The position numbers and the translations under genes are program-made. From Candidatus Latescibacterota bacterium (lineage in GTDB: Bacteria; Latescibacterota; UBA2968; UBA8231), in assembly GCA_963422735.1 (NCBI GenBank), contig OY730476.1, forward strand, positions 2,240,001-2,304,000: DNA of 64,000 bases. The letters run 5' to 3'. Each line of letters starts with the position of its first letter. Position 1 is the first letter of the stretch. The notes below the pieces were generated by a model. The model did not search any database and was not told the origin of the DNA. It saw only the letters and a list, made by a program, of their open reading frames with translations. Below, piece after piece: positions 49,269-58,815 of this stretch.

Positions 49269-50177
49269 TTACTCGTCGAAAGTCGCCTTGATTTTTCCCC
49301 AAGTACTGCCTTCGACTGCGGTGCCGACATCGCTGCCCCGGGTGTACTCATCTACGGTCAACAGAGTAAAGTCAGAGGCGAAATCCTGATCTCTATGCGC
49401 CCCATTGACGTCTCCGGTTACTAGCTGATGCGTCCGGGCCGCGCCTTCAGCAGGCGTCGTATCGGCCTCGTTGAGCTGGTAGGTGAGACCAACCGTCATG
49501 CCCGGCTGCAAGATCACTCGGTCTGTAGAGGCCTCGTCGTTTTCCAAGTTGACCCACAGCGGCATGGCGAACTCATAGCCTAGGGTGACATTAGTCGATC
49601 CGTGCGTAGCACCAGGAGGGCTAAGACCGACATCGGCCTCAATATAGGCCGTAGCCCACTGCTTAGCCGGATCGGCGTCTTTGCGTAGCCAAGTCGTCCC
49701 GTTGCCGTAGGGCGTCGAATACCCGCCGGGAACCTGCGCGTGCATGGTCCACTGCTGCGCGTTCACTTGGTTCGGATCGCGGTACGGACCGCCGCTATGG
49801 TCGCCATCGGTAATAATTTCGAGATCGTCCTCAAACCACCCGTTTTCTGGATCCGTTTCGGCCGCGTGCAGAGAATCGTCCGTCACCCGCACAAAGCCCA
49901 AGATGCGGTTGTCAGGTGGCTGCGTCCAAGCCGTCCTTATGGAAACATCGATATCGCTCTTGTCTGGAATCACCTGTTGTACGACCTCGCCCATTTCGTC
50001 GGGAGTGATGATGAAATTAGGGTCGTACCAAGTCCAATCTCCGTCCTCGCCATCGGCGACGTACGTCACATCCGCTGGCCATTCCAAAGCGAAATATCCA
50101 AAACCATTGGCACTGCTGTGTGCAAAGCACGCGCTCGCAGCCAACAGCAAAACGCCAGAAACAGCAAATATCCTCAT
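49269..50177 (-). CDS. Exported CBM9/DOMON-like protein with TWGKIK tail
   Basis: Signal peptide; DGEDGDW, VRVTDD, DDLEIITDGDHSGG, YEFAMPLW; ends TAVEGSTWGKIKATFDE; RBS AAGGAG. Confidence 0.7.
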   Translation of the reverse strand: MRIFAVSGVLLLAASACFAHSSANGFGYFALEWPADVTYVADGEDGDWTWYDPNFIITPDEMGEVVQQVIPDKSDIDVSIRTAWTQPPDNRILGFVRVTDDSLHAAETDPENGWFEDDLEIITDGDHSGGPYRDPNQVNAQQWTMHAQVPGGYSTPYGNGTTWLRKDADPAKQWATAYIEADVGLSPPGATHGSTNVTLGYEFAMPLWVNLENDEASTDRVILQPGMTVGLTYQLNEADTTPAEGAARTHQLVTGDVNGAHRDQDFASDFTLLTVDEYTRGSDVGTAVEGSTWGKIKATFDE

Positions 50178-50344
50178 AGTTCATCTCCTTTAAATTAGGT
50201 TGGAGTTAGCTGTTTTGTTTGTCGGATATGTCTTTCTACTAACGATTAAAAACCTCCTTTTTGAAGAGTTATAACATACGCCTCTTTGCCCGTTCAAGCT
50301 ATTTAGTAGCATAGTGCATGTCAACTTTCATGGCGATTGACCTA

Positions 50345-51600
50345 TGGAGGCTGTACACCATGCTTAAGTGTGTGCAGAGCGGCTTGCTGGCTGCAGCCTG
50401 CTCTTTGCCTGCAGCATTCAACGACGGGGCTGGCGTCCCCGCAACCGCTCCTTCATAATGAACTGTACGCCGGCCAGATCCAAGACTGCGATTCCTTCAA
50501 CCCATTTCTCCCCGGCAGCGTCTCCAGCACCGGACACAACTTCCTCTACGAACCGCTCTACTTCTACAACCCCTATAGCAAAGAACAAAACCTCATACCT
50601 TGGTTCACCGAAGTGACCATACACCTCAGAGATGGAGTAAAATGGAGCGACGGTACGCCCGACTTGTTGAATAAAGAACGCCCCCGTCCTCAACTCCTCA
50701 GTGGCCATGGAGCTATGGGTTGCAGAGGCCAAGGTCGTAGATGATCTACAGGTAAAGATCGCGCTGAAATCGCCGAATCCGCGCTTTGTATTCGAGTATT
50801 TGACCAACAATTTCGGCAACGGCATACCCATGGTCCCCAAGCATATCTGGGAGGGCAAAGACGCGAGAACCTTTGCCAACCTTGATCTTCAGCGCGGCTG
50901 GCCCGTAGTCAGCGGCCCCTACCGGCTCGTTCGTTCCGAGCCTCAGCAGCGGATCTGGGATCTGCGGCAGAATTGGTAGGCGGCTGAGACGGGCTTTCGC
51001 CGACTCCCCCGAGTAGAACGCCTGATCTATCTGCCCACATTGGACGAAGACAAAAGGATGCAACCGGTCGACATGCACGACCCAACCAAGCCCGCAGAGA
51101 TCATGCAGCACCGGGGTTGGGTCTTAAAAAAGGGCCTTTGGACCAAGGGAGGCGCACCGTTCAAGATTACCATCGACCTGCATCCGGATCTTCACGACAT
51201 CGTCCCCGTGTTGGTCGGACAGCTACGCCGCGCCGGCTTCGATGCTAGTCTCAGAATGGCTTCTGATTATTACACCCGCATGACAGTGGGAGACGCCCGG
51301 TCCTTTCTGATCGGCAACGCAGGCAGCGTGCGCGACCCGTACTTCACCCTCAGACTCTATCACAGCCGCTACGTGCAACCAACCGGTACGGCCGCTATCT
51401 ACTTCTGGCGTTGGCAAAATGCCCGCTTCGATCAGATCGTCGATCGAATGGCCGGTACAGCCCCCGACGATCCGCGACTACTCGAACACTTTCGCCAAGC
51501 TATGGAAATCTGGCTGCGCGAGCTGCCCTCCACTCCACTGCTCCAGTGGTACCACAGAATCCCCCACAACGAAACCTACTGGCAGAATTGACCCACGGCG
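50345..51600 (+). pseudogene. Family 5 ABC substrate-binding protein, decayed
   Basis: LYEPLYFYN, HLRDGVKWSDG, PVVSGPY, IWLRELP; in-frame TAG 50977-50979, TGA 51589-51591, frameshifts and deletions. Confidence 0.85.
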
Positions 51601-52106
51601 GAGACGCGCACCTACTGGGCGCACACTTGGCTGCTGGCTAAGTACGTGGGCTCTATCGCTGGGCGTGTTTCAGTTGCTGTCGTGCTTGGTGTATGCTCTG
51701 CGTGAGTGGGTCCAGTCCGCGGCGACAGAGGCTTATGGCTGATCGTCGATGTTTTTTGCGTTGGAAGGGTTGGCTGTGATGGAGGTGCTCGCCGACCCGC
51801 GGTGCCCGCATCAGGTGCAAGCGTTGGGGGTGGTCAGATGGAGTCCTTTGGCCTTGAAAACCCCAACCGCCGTTTCAACGACCTGCGCTGGCCATACAGA
51901 TTGAGTCCCTGCTTGCGGTTGGTTGGGTTGTAGCAGGCGGGCTTCGCCCTCGGCTTGATCCGATCGATAGGGTGGTGCGTGAGGGCTTTTTGTAGCATAT
52001 GTATAAACATGGTGCAGTTCCTGTATGTAGGGTTTGGGCGATTACGAATAAACCTAACTCGCGGCTGCACTGCCTCTTAGATCAATGTAGTGTACTTAAA
52101 GAGCAA

Positions 52107-53216
52107 CTATCGGCTAGCATACGGATCGGCCGCGTCGCGCATCCCATCGCCCACCACGTTGAAGGCCAAGACCGAGACGACTACGAAAAGCCCGGGCAGC
52201 AAAAGCCACGGCGCCATGGCCACGGCCTGAAAGTTCTGCGCCTTTTGCAGCAGCACCCCCCAGCTAACCACGGGTGCCCGCAGCCCAATCCCCAAAAAAC
52301 TCAGCGCGGTCTCGCCGAGAATCATGCTCGGCACCGCTAAGGTGGCCGACGTGATCACGTGGCTGAGGAACGACGGCAGCAGGTGCTTGAAAATGATCTT
52401 CAACTCGTTGGTGCCCGACAGGCGAGCGGCGACCACGAAATCCTCTTCGCGCAGCGACAGAAAGCGGCCGCGCACCACCCGCGCCAACCCGGTCCAACCC
52501 ATCAGCGAGAGGATGATGGTGACGCCAAAGTAAATCCGCAGCGGTGCCCAGTGCGCCGGCAGCGCCGCGCTCAACGCCATCCACAGCGGTAGCTGCGGGA
52601 CGGCCATCAGGACCTCGATCATCCGCTGCACCACCACATCAACCCAGCCGCTGTAATAACCAGCCAGTCCCCCGAGCAGAATGCCGATGAGGAAGGTCAG
52701 GGCCACGCCGATTAGCCCAATGGTAAGCGAAATGCGCGCGCCGTGTATAATTCGGCTGAACAGATCGCGGCCCAAGTCGTCGGAGCCAAAGAGGAACAAC
52801 GGCCCGGTGCCCGCGCTGAACAAGTGCAAGTCCGCGTTGAAAAGCCCCCAAAACTCGTAGGCCGGGCCGCGTACGAGAAAGCGGACCGGATATATAGCCT
52901 CGGTATCGACGAGATACTCGCGTTGCCACGGGCCGGCAGCCGTGTCTTGCCGCACGCCGTGGACAAAGGGCCGCCAGTGAAAGCGCCCCTCGCCGTCGAA
53001 AAAGCGGATCGACTGCGGCGGGCAGAGGACATATTGCGCGTGGCGCTGGTCGGGCCGGTAGGGCGAGATAAATTCGCACAGGGCCGCGAGGCCATAGAGC
53101 GCGATCAGGACCGCGCTGCCGGCTAGGGCCAGCCGATGGCGGCGGAAGCGCATCCACATCAACCGCCACTGCGAGGCGTCGGCTAGTTGGGTTGCGGGGC
53201 GAGCTTCATCACTCAT
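52107..53216 (-). CDS. Opp/Dpp-type ABC permease (OppC-like)
   Basis: GSDDLGRDLFSRIIHGARISL; EAA loop FVVAARLSG; FNVVGDGMRDAADP. Confidence 0.93.
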   Translation of the reverse strand: MSDEARPATQLADASQWRLMWMRFRRHRLALAGSAVLIALYGLAALCEFISPYRPDQRHAQYVLCPPQSIRFFDGEGRFHWRPFVHGVRQDTAAGPWQREYLVDTEAIYPVRFLVRGPAYEFWGLFNADLHLFSAGTGPLFLFGSDDLGRDLFSRIIHGARISLTIGLIGVALTFLIGILLGGLAGYYSGWVDVVVQRMIEVLMAVPQLPLWMALSAALPAHWAPLRIYFGVTIILSLMGWTGLARVVRGRFLSLREEDFVVAARLSGTNELKIIFKHLLPSFLSHVITSATLAVPSMILGETALSFLGIGLRAPVVSWGVLLQKAQNFQAVAMAPWLLLPGLFVVVSVLAFNVVGDGMRDAADPYASR

Positions 53217-54192
53217 AACGGATGCGTGGGTCGGCAATGGCCAAGAGAATATCCGACAGCAGGGTGCCTATCACCGTCAGGACGCTGAGTATGAGGAGAA
53301 AACTGCCCGCCAAATACATGTCTTGGTTGCGGAGGGATTCGAGCAGCAAGGGGCCGGTCGTCGGCAGGCTCAATACCACGCTGGTGATGGCCGAGCCGGA
53401 AATCAGGTGCGGCAGCATCCAGCCGACCGTGCTGATAAAGGGATTGATGGCAATGCGCAACGGGTACTTAATCACCAAGCGGACTGGGCCAAGGCCCTTG
53501 GCCAGTGCCGTCGTGACGTAGGGCTTGCCCAGCTCGTCGAGGAGATTGGCCCGCATGACCCGCATCAGCCCGGCCATCCCGGCCGTGCCGATAACCACGG
53601 CCGGGATCCACAGATGCCCGAGCAAGTCGGCGAACTTGGCCAAGCTCCACGGCGCACTCGCGTATTCTGGAGAAAACAACCCGCCCACGGCGATCCCAAA
53701 CCACTCGTATCCCAAGTACATCAAAACCAGCGCGAGCAGGAAGTTGGGAGTCGCCAAGCCGACGAAGGCCGCGAGGGTCGCCGCGTAGTCGAGCACTGAG
53801 TACTGGCGCAGGGCCGAATAGACGCCCACCGGGAAGGCCACCAGCCAAGTCAACAAGGTCGCGGTCGAGGTGATCAGCAAGGTGTAGCCAAGCCGCTCCC
53901 AGATCAGGCTGTTGACCGACTGGCCGTACATTACCGAATAGCCCATATCGCCTTGTAGGAAGCCACCCATCCACTTGCAGTATTGGATAAACATCGGGTC
54001 GTCGAGGTGATAGCGGGCGCGCAGGGCAGCGATTTGTTCCTCGGATATGTCTTGGCCCTCGGCCTGTAGCTCTTGCAGGCGCGACGTGATGATGTCCCCG
54101 GGCGGCAACTGGATGACGACGAAGACCAGCACCGAGACGGCTAGCAGCGTGGGGATCATAATCAAGACGCGGCGGATTATGTAGTTGATCAT
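53209..54192 (-). CDS. Opp/Dpp-type ABC permease (OppB-like)
   Basis: YIIRR, GDMGYS, YVTTALAKGL, DPRIR. Confidence 0.93.
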   Translation of the reverse strand: MINYIIRRVLIMIPTLLAVSVLVFVVIQLPPGDIITSRLQELQAEGQDISEEQIAALRARYHLDDPMFIQYCKWMGGFLQGDMGYSVMYGQSVNSLIWERLGYTLLITSTATLLTWLVAFPVGVYSALRQYSVLDYAATLAAFVGLATPNFLLALVLMYLGYEWFGIAVGGLFSPEYASAPWSLAKFADLLGHLWIPAVVIGTAGMAGLMRVMRANLLDELGKPYVTTALAKGLGPVRLVIKYPLRIAINPFISTVGWMLPHLISGSAITSVVLSLPTTGPLLLESLRNQDMYLAGSFLLILSVLTVIGTLLSDILLAIADPRIRYE

Positions 54193-54200
54193 GATTGTTT

Positions 54201-54285
54201 GTGGTCAGTGGTCAGTGGTCAGTGGTTAGTGGTTAGTGGTTAGTGTGGGGTGGTGGGACTGATCGCTAATCACTGATCACTGGCC
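54201..54285. repeat. Heptamer palindromic element overlapping the SBP stop codon
   Basis: (gtggtca)3 (gtggtta)3, spacer, gactgat cgctaat cactgat cactggc. Confidence 0.85.
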
Positions 54286-56255
54286 CCTGCTAGATACCAA
54301 GTCTCTGGATAGTAGGGCCAAGACCAGCGCGAGTCCCACCCCCAATAGCCTTGGCGCGGGACATTGCGCAGCCGGTTGCTAACGATGACGGGATGTGGCC
54401 CTAGGCCGATGACGCCGAGCACCCACAGGTTTTCGGCTTGGCTCTGGAGAATTTTCTTGCCCATGGCGATGCGCTCTTGGAGATCCGATGTGCGGCGGAG
54501 CACCTCCCACCAGGCGATCAGGTCTCGGACCTTGCCGGGTGGCATCCAGCCGCGTACTCCGTCCGACCGGTACCACCGCGACCACTCCGGCCACTGAGTC
54601 ACCTCCTGCCCCACGTGCATGGGCACGTACCAAAAAGGCTCAATGGGAAAGAGGATGTCGGCGTTGCGATCGGCGTGCCAGATGCTCATGTCCATAACCC
54701 CGCCTCGGGTGCGGATACCTTGCAGTGCGCCGCTTATTTGCTTGCGGTTGATGTGCAGCCCCACTTCTCGCCAGTGGGCGGTCACCAAGTCCACGGTGAC
54801 TTGCTTGGGCGTCTCCCCGAGCGTGTACTCCAGCGTGATTTCGAGAGGGCGACCATCGGGATGGTCGCGCTGGCCGTCGCCGTTGCAGTCTATCAGTCCC
54901 ATCTCGTCAAGCAGGGCGCGGGCGCGTTGCGGATCGTGCTTGGCCCAAGCCGCGGCAAAGGCCGGCTCAAAGTAGCGACTCGAAGATACGACCGTCAACT
55001 GGCGCGGGATCCCTTGCCCGTAATAGGCGATGTTGTTGATCTCGGCGCGGTCAATGGCCAGCGAGAGGGCGCGGCGAAAACGCACGTCCTGAAAAATCCG
55101 CCTGAGCCGCTCGTTGGGGTGGGTCATATTGACCATGAGGGCCACGTCCGAGCCGTAGGGACGGGGCCAGAGGTAGGTCGCATAGCCGTTGTCCTGCTCG
55201 AAGCGCTTAAACAGCGGGATGTCGGCGGTCTTAAACTGCCGCCCGGCAAAATCGACCTGCCCGGTGGCGGCCTTGGCCGCCATGATCTCGGGGCTGTCAA
55301 CCCGCTGGACTTCGAGATAGTCGATATAGGGCAGTTGATGGCCGGCTGGATCTACTTTGGGGTAATAAGGGTTGCGGCGGTAGCGGACGCGCGTCGAAGT
55401 CTTGCTGACCACCACATAAGCGGTCTGCACCGGCTTGTGGAAGACCATTAGGTCGCGCGTGTTGACAACGGCTTGAAAGTAGGTGCGCCAGTCTTGCAGG
55501 CCGAGATCTGCTGCTTCGCGCTCTAGTTGATCCGCGTCGGTAAAGTCGGGATGATAGCGGCGCATAAAGTGCGCCGGTGCCGACAGGTGCGAGCTGTTGT
55601 GGGCGAGGTGCTTGACAAAGAGGGGCACCGGCTGAGGAAAGTGGTAGCTAAAGAGGTGGAGGCCGTGCTTTTCGATGCGGGCACCCTTAAAGCGGGGCGA
55701 CACCACGGGCGTGAGGCTTTTGTTCATGTGTACGCGATCGAACCAAAAGACAAAGTCGTCGGCCGTCACCGGGTGGCCGTCGGACCACTTGTGACCGGGC
55801 CGGAGGGCGACTGTCAGGGTCTGCGCGTCGTTGTGGTATTCGACTCGCTCGGCAAAGTTGGGCAGGGTTAGCTGGAGTTGCGGGCCCGGGCGCAGGGTTC
55901 CTTCGGGCACATTGAGGAGTTGTTCGCCGGCGAGGAAGAGCCGAGCGGTGCCCCCGTAGGTTCCAATCCCGTCGAGTGGCTCGACGACAATCGGGTCGTC
56001 GGGGAGCCGCTCTGCCACCGGCGGCAACTCGCCGGCGGCCACAAGTTCGTCGAGCATGGGCGACTGGCGGAAGATCGTCAAACCGACTTCCGAGGCCGTG
56101 CGCGGCGGGTGGAACCAGCTTTCTGGCCACGCAGTGCGAGGTATGTCGCCTTCGGCCGCTGGGCGCATAGCTTGACTTTCCCGGCCGCATCCTGCCAAGG
56201 CCACTAGCACTAGCAGGAACCCGGCCTGCGTTGAGTTCACGAGCGTCATATACAT
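54270..56255 (-). CDS. Family 5 ABC substrate-binding lipoprotein
   Basis: Lipobox LAGC; LPPVAERLPDDP, KWSDGHPVTADD, RNPYY, RRALSLAIDR. Confidence 0.92.
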   Translation of the reverse strand: MYMTLVNSTQAGFLLVLVALAGCGRESQAMRPAAEGDIPRTAWPESWFHPPRTASEVGLTIFRQSPMLDELVAAGELPPVAERLPDDPIVVEPLDGIGTYGGTARLFLAGEQLLNVPEGTLRPGPQLQLTLPNFAERVEYHNDAQTLTVALRPGHKWSDGHPVTADDFVFWFDRVHMNKSLTPVVSPRFKGARIEKHGLHLFSYHFPQPVPLFVKHLAHNSSHLSAPAHFMRRYHPDFTDADQLEREAADLGLQDWRTYFQAVVNTRDLMVFHKPVQTAYVVVSKTSTRVRYRRNPYYPKVDPAGHQLPYIDYLEVQRVDSPEIMAAKAATGQVDFAGRQFKTADIPLFKRFEQDNGYATYLWPRPYGSDVALMVNMTHPNERLRRIFQDVRFRRALSLAIDRAEINNIAYYGQGIPRQLTVVSSSRYFEPAFAAAWAKHDPQRARALLDEMGLIDCNGDGQRDHPDGRPLEITLEYTLGETPKQVTVDLVTAHWREVGLHINRKQISGALQGIRTRGGVMDMSIWHADRNADILFPIEPFWYVPMHVGQEVTQWPEWSRWYRSDGVRGWMPPGKVRDLIAWWEVLRRTSDLQERIAMGKKILQSQAENLWVLGVIGLGPHPVIVSNRLRNVPRQGYWGWDSRWSWPYYPETWYLAGASDQ

Positions 56256-56358
56256 TTAGATGGGGAAGAGCAAAACTAAAAGTCTAAAGCGACCGTGCCC
56301 ATTGCGCCAGAGGGCGCGGCAACCTACCTTAGGCACCAATACGTGAGGAGATGCCGAT

Positions 56359-56697
56359 ATGAAACTGCTAATGTGCATAGTGAGACCCAATGCGCTAGAC
56401 GCGATCAAAGAGGCGTTGAGCGCGTTGGGCATCCAAGGCATAACAGTCAGCGAAGTTAAGGGTTTTGGCCGCCAGAAGGGTCATAAGGAGATATACCGCG
56501 GTGCCGAGTACGTCGTCGATTTTACTCCCAAACTCAAGGTCGAAGTAGTGGTGCGGAAAGACCTTGCCGAGCAGTGCTTGGATGCTGTGCGCGAGGCCGC
56601 GCAGACCGGCCACATCGGCGATGGCAAAATTTTCATGCTGTCGGTGGATGAGGTAGTGCGGATCCGCACCGGGGAGACCGGCGACGCGGCTGTCTAG
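56359..56697 (+). CDS. glnB: Nitrogen regulatory protein P-II
   Basis: EVKGFGRQKG, YRGAEY T-loop, TGHIGDGKIF, RIRTGE; no adjacent amtB. Confidence 0.93.
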   Translation: MKLLMCIVRPNALDAIKEALSALGIQGITVSEVKGFGRQKGHKEIYRGAEYVVDFTPKLKVEVVVRKDLAEQCLDAVREAAQTGHIGDGKIFMLSVDEVVRIRTGETGDAAV

Positions 56698-56770
56698 CGG
56701 GCGAGACACCCCCTAGAGCAACCACAAGGGCCGGGGGTCAACAACTAGAGAAACAACAATCAACCCCGAC

Positions 56771-56807
56771 GCGGGCGAGGGAGCTATGTCCCTCGCCCGC
56801 TTTTTTT
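56771..56807 (+). terminator. Intrinsic terminator
   Basis: gcgggcgaggga-gctatg-tccctcgcccgc followed by T7. Confidence 0.92.
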
Positions 56808-56819
56808 GTAAAAAATACA

Positions 56820-57900
56820 CTCTACGTTCGACGGTACTGGCCCGGAGACTTGGTCGCTTTCGACATCACCGATCCCGATGCGCCACGCGAGATCGGATAC
56901 TGGTCTTTTAATGCTCGCACTGCTATAAAAATAATCGACGGCTGGTGTACCGCGCGGAACAGAATGGGTTGTCTGTATATCGGCTGACCCCTTATCACAT
57001 CGTATGAGCGCGTGTATTATTGGCAAGCACCTTCGCCTTCTTTTCGTAGTGATTGGAAACGGCTCCATCTCGTCCGCGATCATTTCTACACCCTAATCGG
57101 GCGTTCGCTCATGGTGTTTTCGCCGGAGCCAATCAAAGGAGGCCGGCTATGAGTGCCTTGTACGCGTTGTTGTGAAAAAAGGGCCGCGAAATCCTGCCCA
57201 AGGTGCTAGGAATAGTCGCGCTCGCCGCGGTGATCTATCTGATGCTGATGCGGCACGATACTGGTTTCAATATCACCTACACAGAGTTATCCGTAGGGCT
57301 GATCACGGTTGGTCTGGCGGGGATGGCGATTGTGCTGGCCATGGACGCCATCGCCCTCGAGCGCAGTACCGGCACCCTGTCCTTTCTCCTAGACAAGTCG
57401 GTGGCGGGCATGAGCTGATGTCCAAACATGGAAGCACTGGTGCCATGTACAGATGCGCGGCAATCGCGCCTATATCGGTGCGCGAATTGGTGGTCCTCGA
57501 TGTGGCCGATGCGTACGCTTTGCGTGAGGCCGGAGAGTCCTTTCAGCCGCGTACTTACTGAGGGCCTAGGTTGGACAGGCTCTACGTTGAGTGCTTCTGG
57601 CCGCACGAGCGAGTCGAGTTCGATATCACCGATCCCGACTCACTGCGCGAAGTAGGATACCTGCCGTTGTCTCAGAGCGATAGGCAGGTTGCTGCCGATG
57701 GAGTAGCCTACGGCCTAGTAGGCCATTCAGACGTCGAGGTGAGAGCGTGGACTATCGCCGACGGGGCACTCATCGAGGGCGATCCCTTGGTTGTACCTAA
57801 AGAGCCCGATAGGGATCCTTGGAGCTTCAACGCCCTATCCGTTCTTTACGCGACTAAGCGCGGTGCGCTGCTGGCGTACCGTTTAAGACTAAGGGAGGCC
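56820..57900 (+). pseudogene. Decayed membrane/LVIVD-like repeat gene fragments
   Basis: Two related pieces FDITDPDAPREIG (~56860) and FDITDPDSLREVG (~57620), plus a permease-like TM fragment; multiple stops. Confidence 0.4.
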
Positions 57901-57980
57901 GTGGGGACGACGGAATTCTTCTGGACGCAATGTAGTGTTAGACGGCGTTGCTCGGCAATTTTCGAGGGAGGCCAATGAAG

Positions 57981-58010
57981 AGGGGTCGGGATTGCTCCCG
58001 GCCCTTTTTT
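57981..58010 (+). terminator. Intrinsic terminator
   Basis: agggg tcggga ttgc tcccgg ccc followed by T6. Confidence 0.7.
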
Positions 58011-58054
58011 GCGCTATCATCAAAATCTCTCCTGAACAACGAAAGCCAACGCAC

Positions 58055-58804
58055 ATGACCACAGCAGTATTTGCCGAGCGCACCGCCTTAGTAACCGGCG
58101 GCAGTCGCGGCATCGGCCGAGCCATCGCTCGGATGCTGGCCCAGCACGGGGCCAGGGTCGCCATCAACTACCAACACAACGCCGAGGCCGCGCAGGAGAT
58201 CTTGGCGCAGGTCAAGTCATGCGGCACCGAGGGAATGATCGTTCAGGCCGACGTGTCGCAGCAGGCAGAAGTCGAGCAAATGGTCACCCAAGTGCGCGCG
58301 GCATTCGGGCCGATCGAGCTGCTGGTCAACAACGCCGGAATCGCCTTCACCCAAGAGCATGGCGAGTTCGGCTTTGCCGAGTGGGAAAGGATGTTTGCGG
58401 TCAACGTCCACGGGCCTTTTTTGACCACCTGGGCCGTCAAGGACGAGATGATCGTGCAGCGCTTTGGACGGATCGTCAATATCTCCTCACTGGCCGCTTG
58501 GCTCCTCAAGCCGAACATGATCCACTACGCCACGACGAAGGCGGCCGTCATCGCCTTCACCCGGCAGTGCGCTCAAGCACTCGCCGAGCACAATGTGCGG
58601 ATCAACTGCCTAGCGCCGGGATTGACGGATACTGAACTGGCGCGCACGGCCAACCCCGGCCAAGTTGCCCAGCTAATCGCCAGCACCCCAATGGGACGGA
58701 TGGCCGATCCGGCAGAAATGGCGTCAGTGGTCCGCTTTTTATTGTCCGAAGAGTCCAGTTTTATCACCAGGCAGACGATTACCGCCTGCGGTGGACGGTC
58801 GTAG
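58055..58804 (+). CDS. Short-chain dehydrogenase/reductase (FabG-like)
   Basis: TGGSRGIG, LVNNAG, NISS, YATTK. Confidence 0.93.
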   Translation: MTTAVFAERTALVTGGSRGIGRAIARMLAQHGARVAINYQHNAEAAQEILAQVKSCGTEGMIVQADVSQQAEVEQMVTQVRAAFGPIELLVNNAGIAFTQEHGEFGFAEWERMFAVNVHGPFLTTWAVKDEMIVQRFGRIVNISSLAAWLLKPNMIHYATTKAAVIAFTRQCAQALAEHNVRINCLAPGLTDTELARTANPGQVAQLIASTPMGRMADPAEMASVVRFLLSEESSFITRQTITACGGRS

Positions 58805-58815
58805 GTAGAAAGGCT

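Noticed and set aside
676-51591. Stop-codon recoding (amber/opal read-through, Sec/Pyl) suggested by in-frame TAG/TGA at 676, 5316, 19619, 50977 and 51589
   Set aside because: Most of these genes also have frameshifts and deletions, intact genes terminate normally on TAG and TGA, and each stop is one transition from a Trp/Gln/Arg codon. No SECIS-like hairpin was evident.
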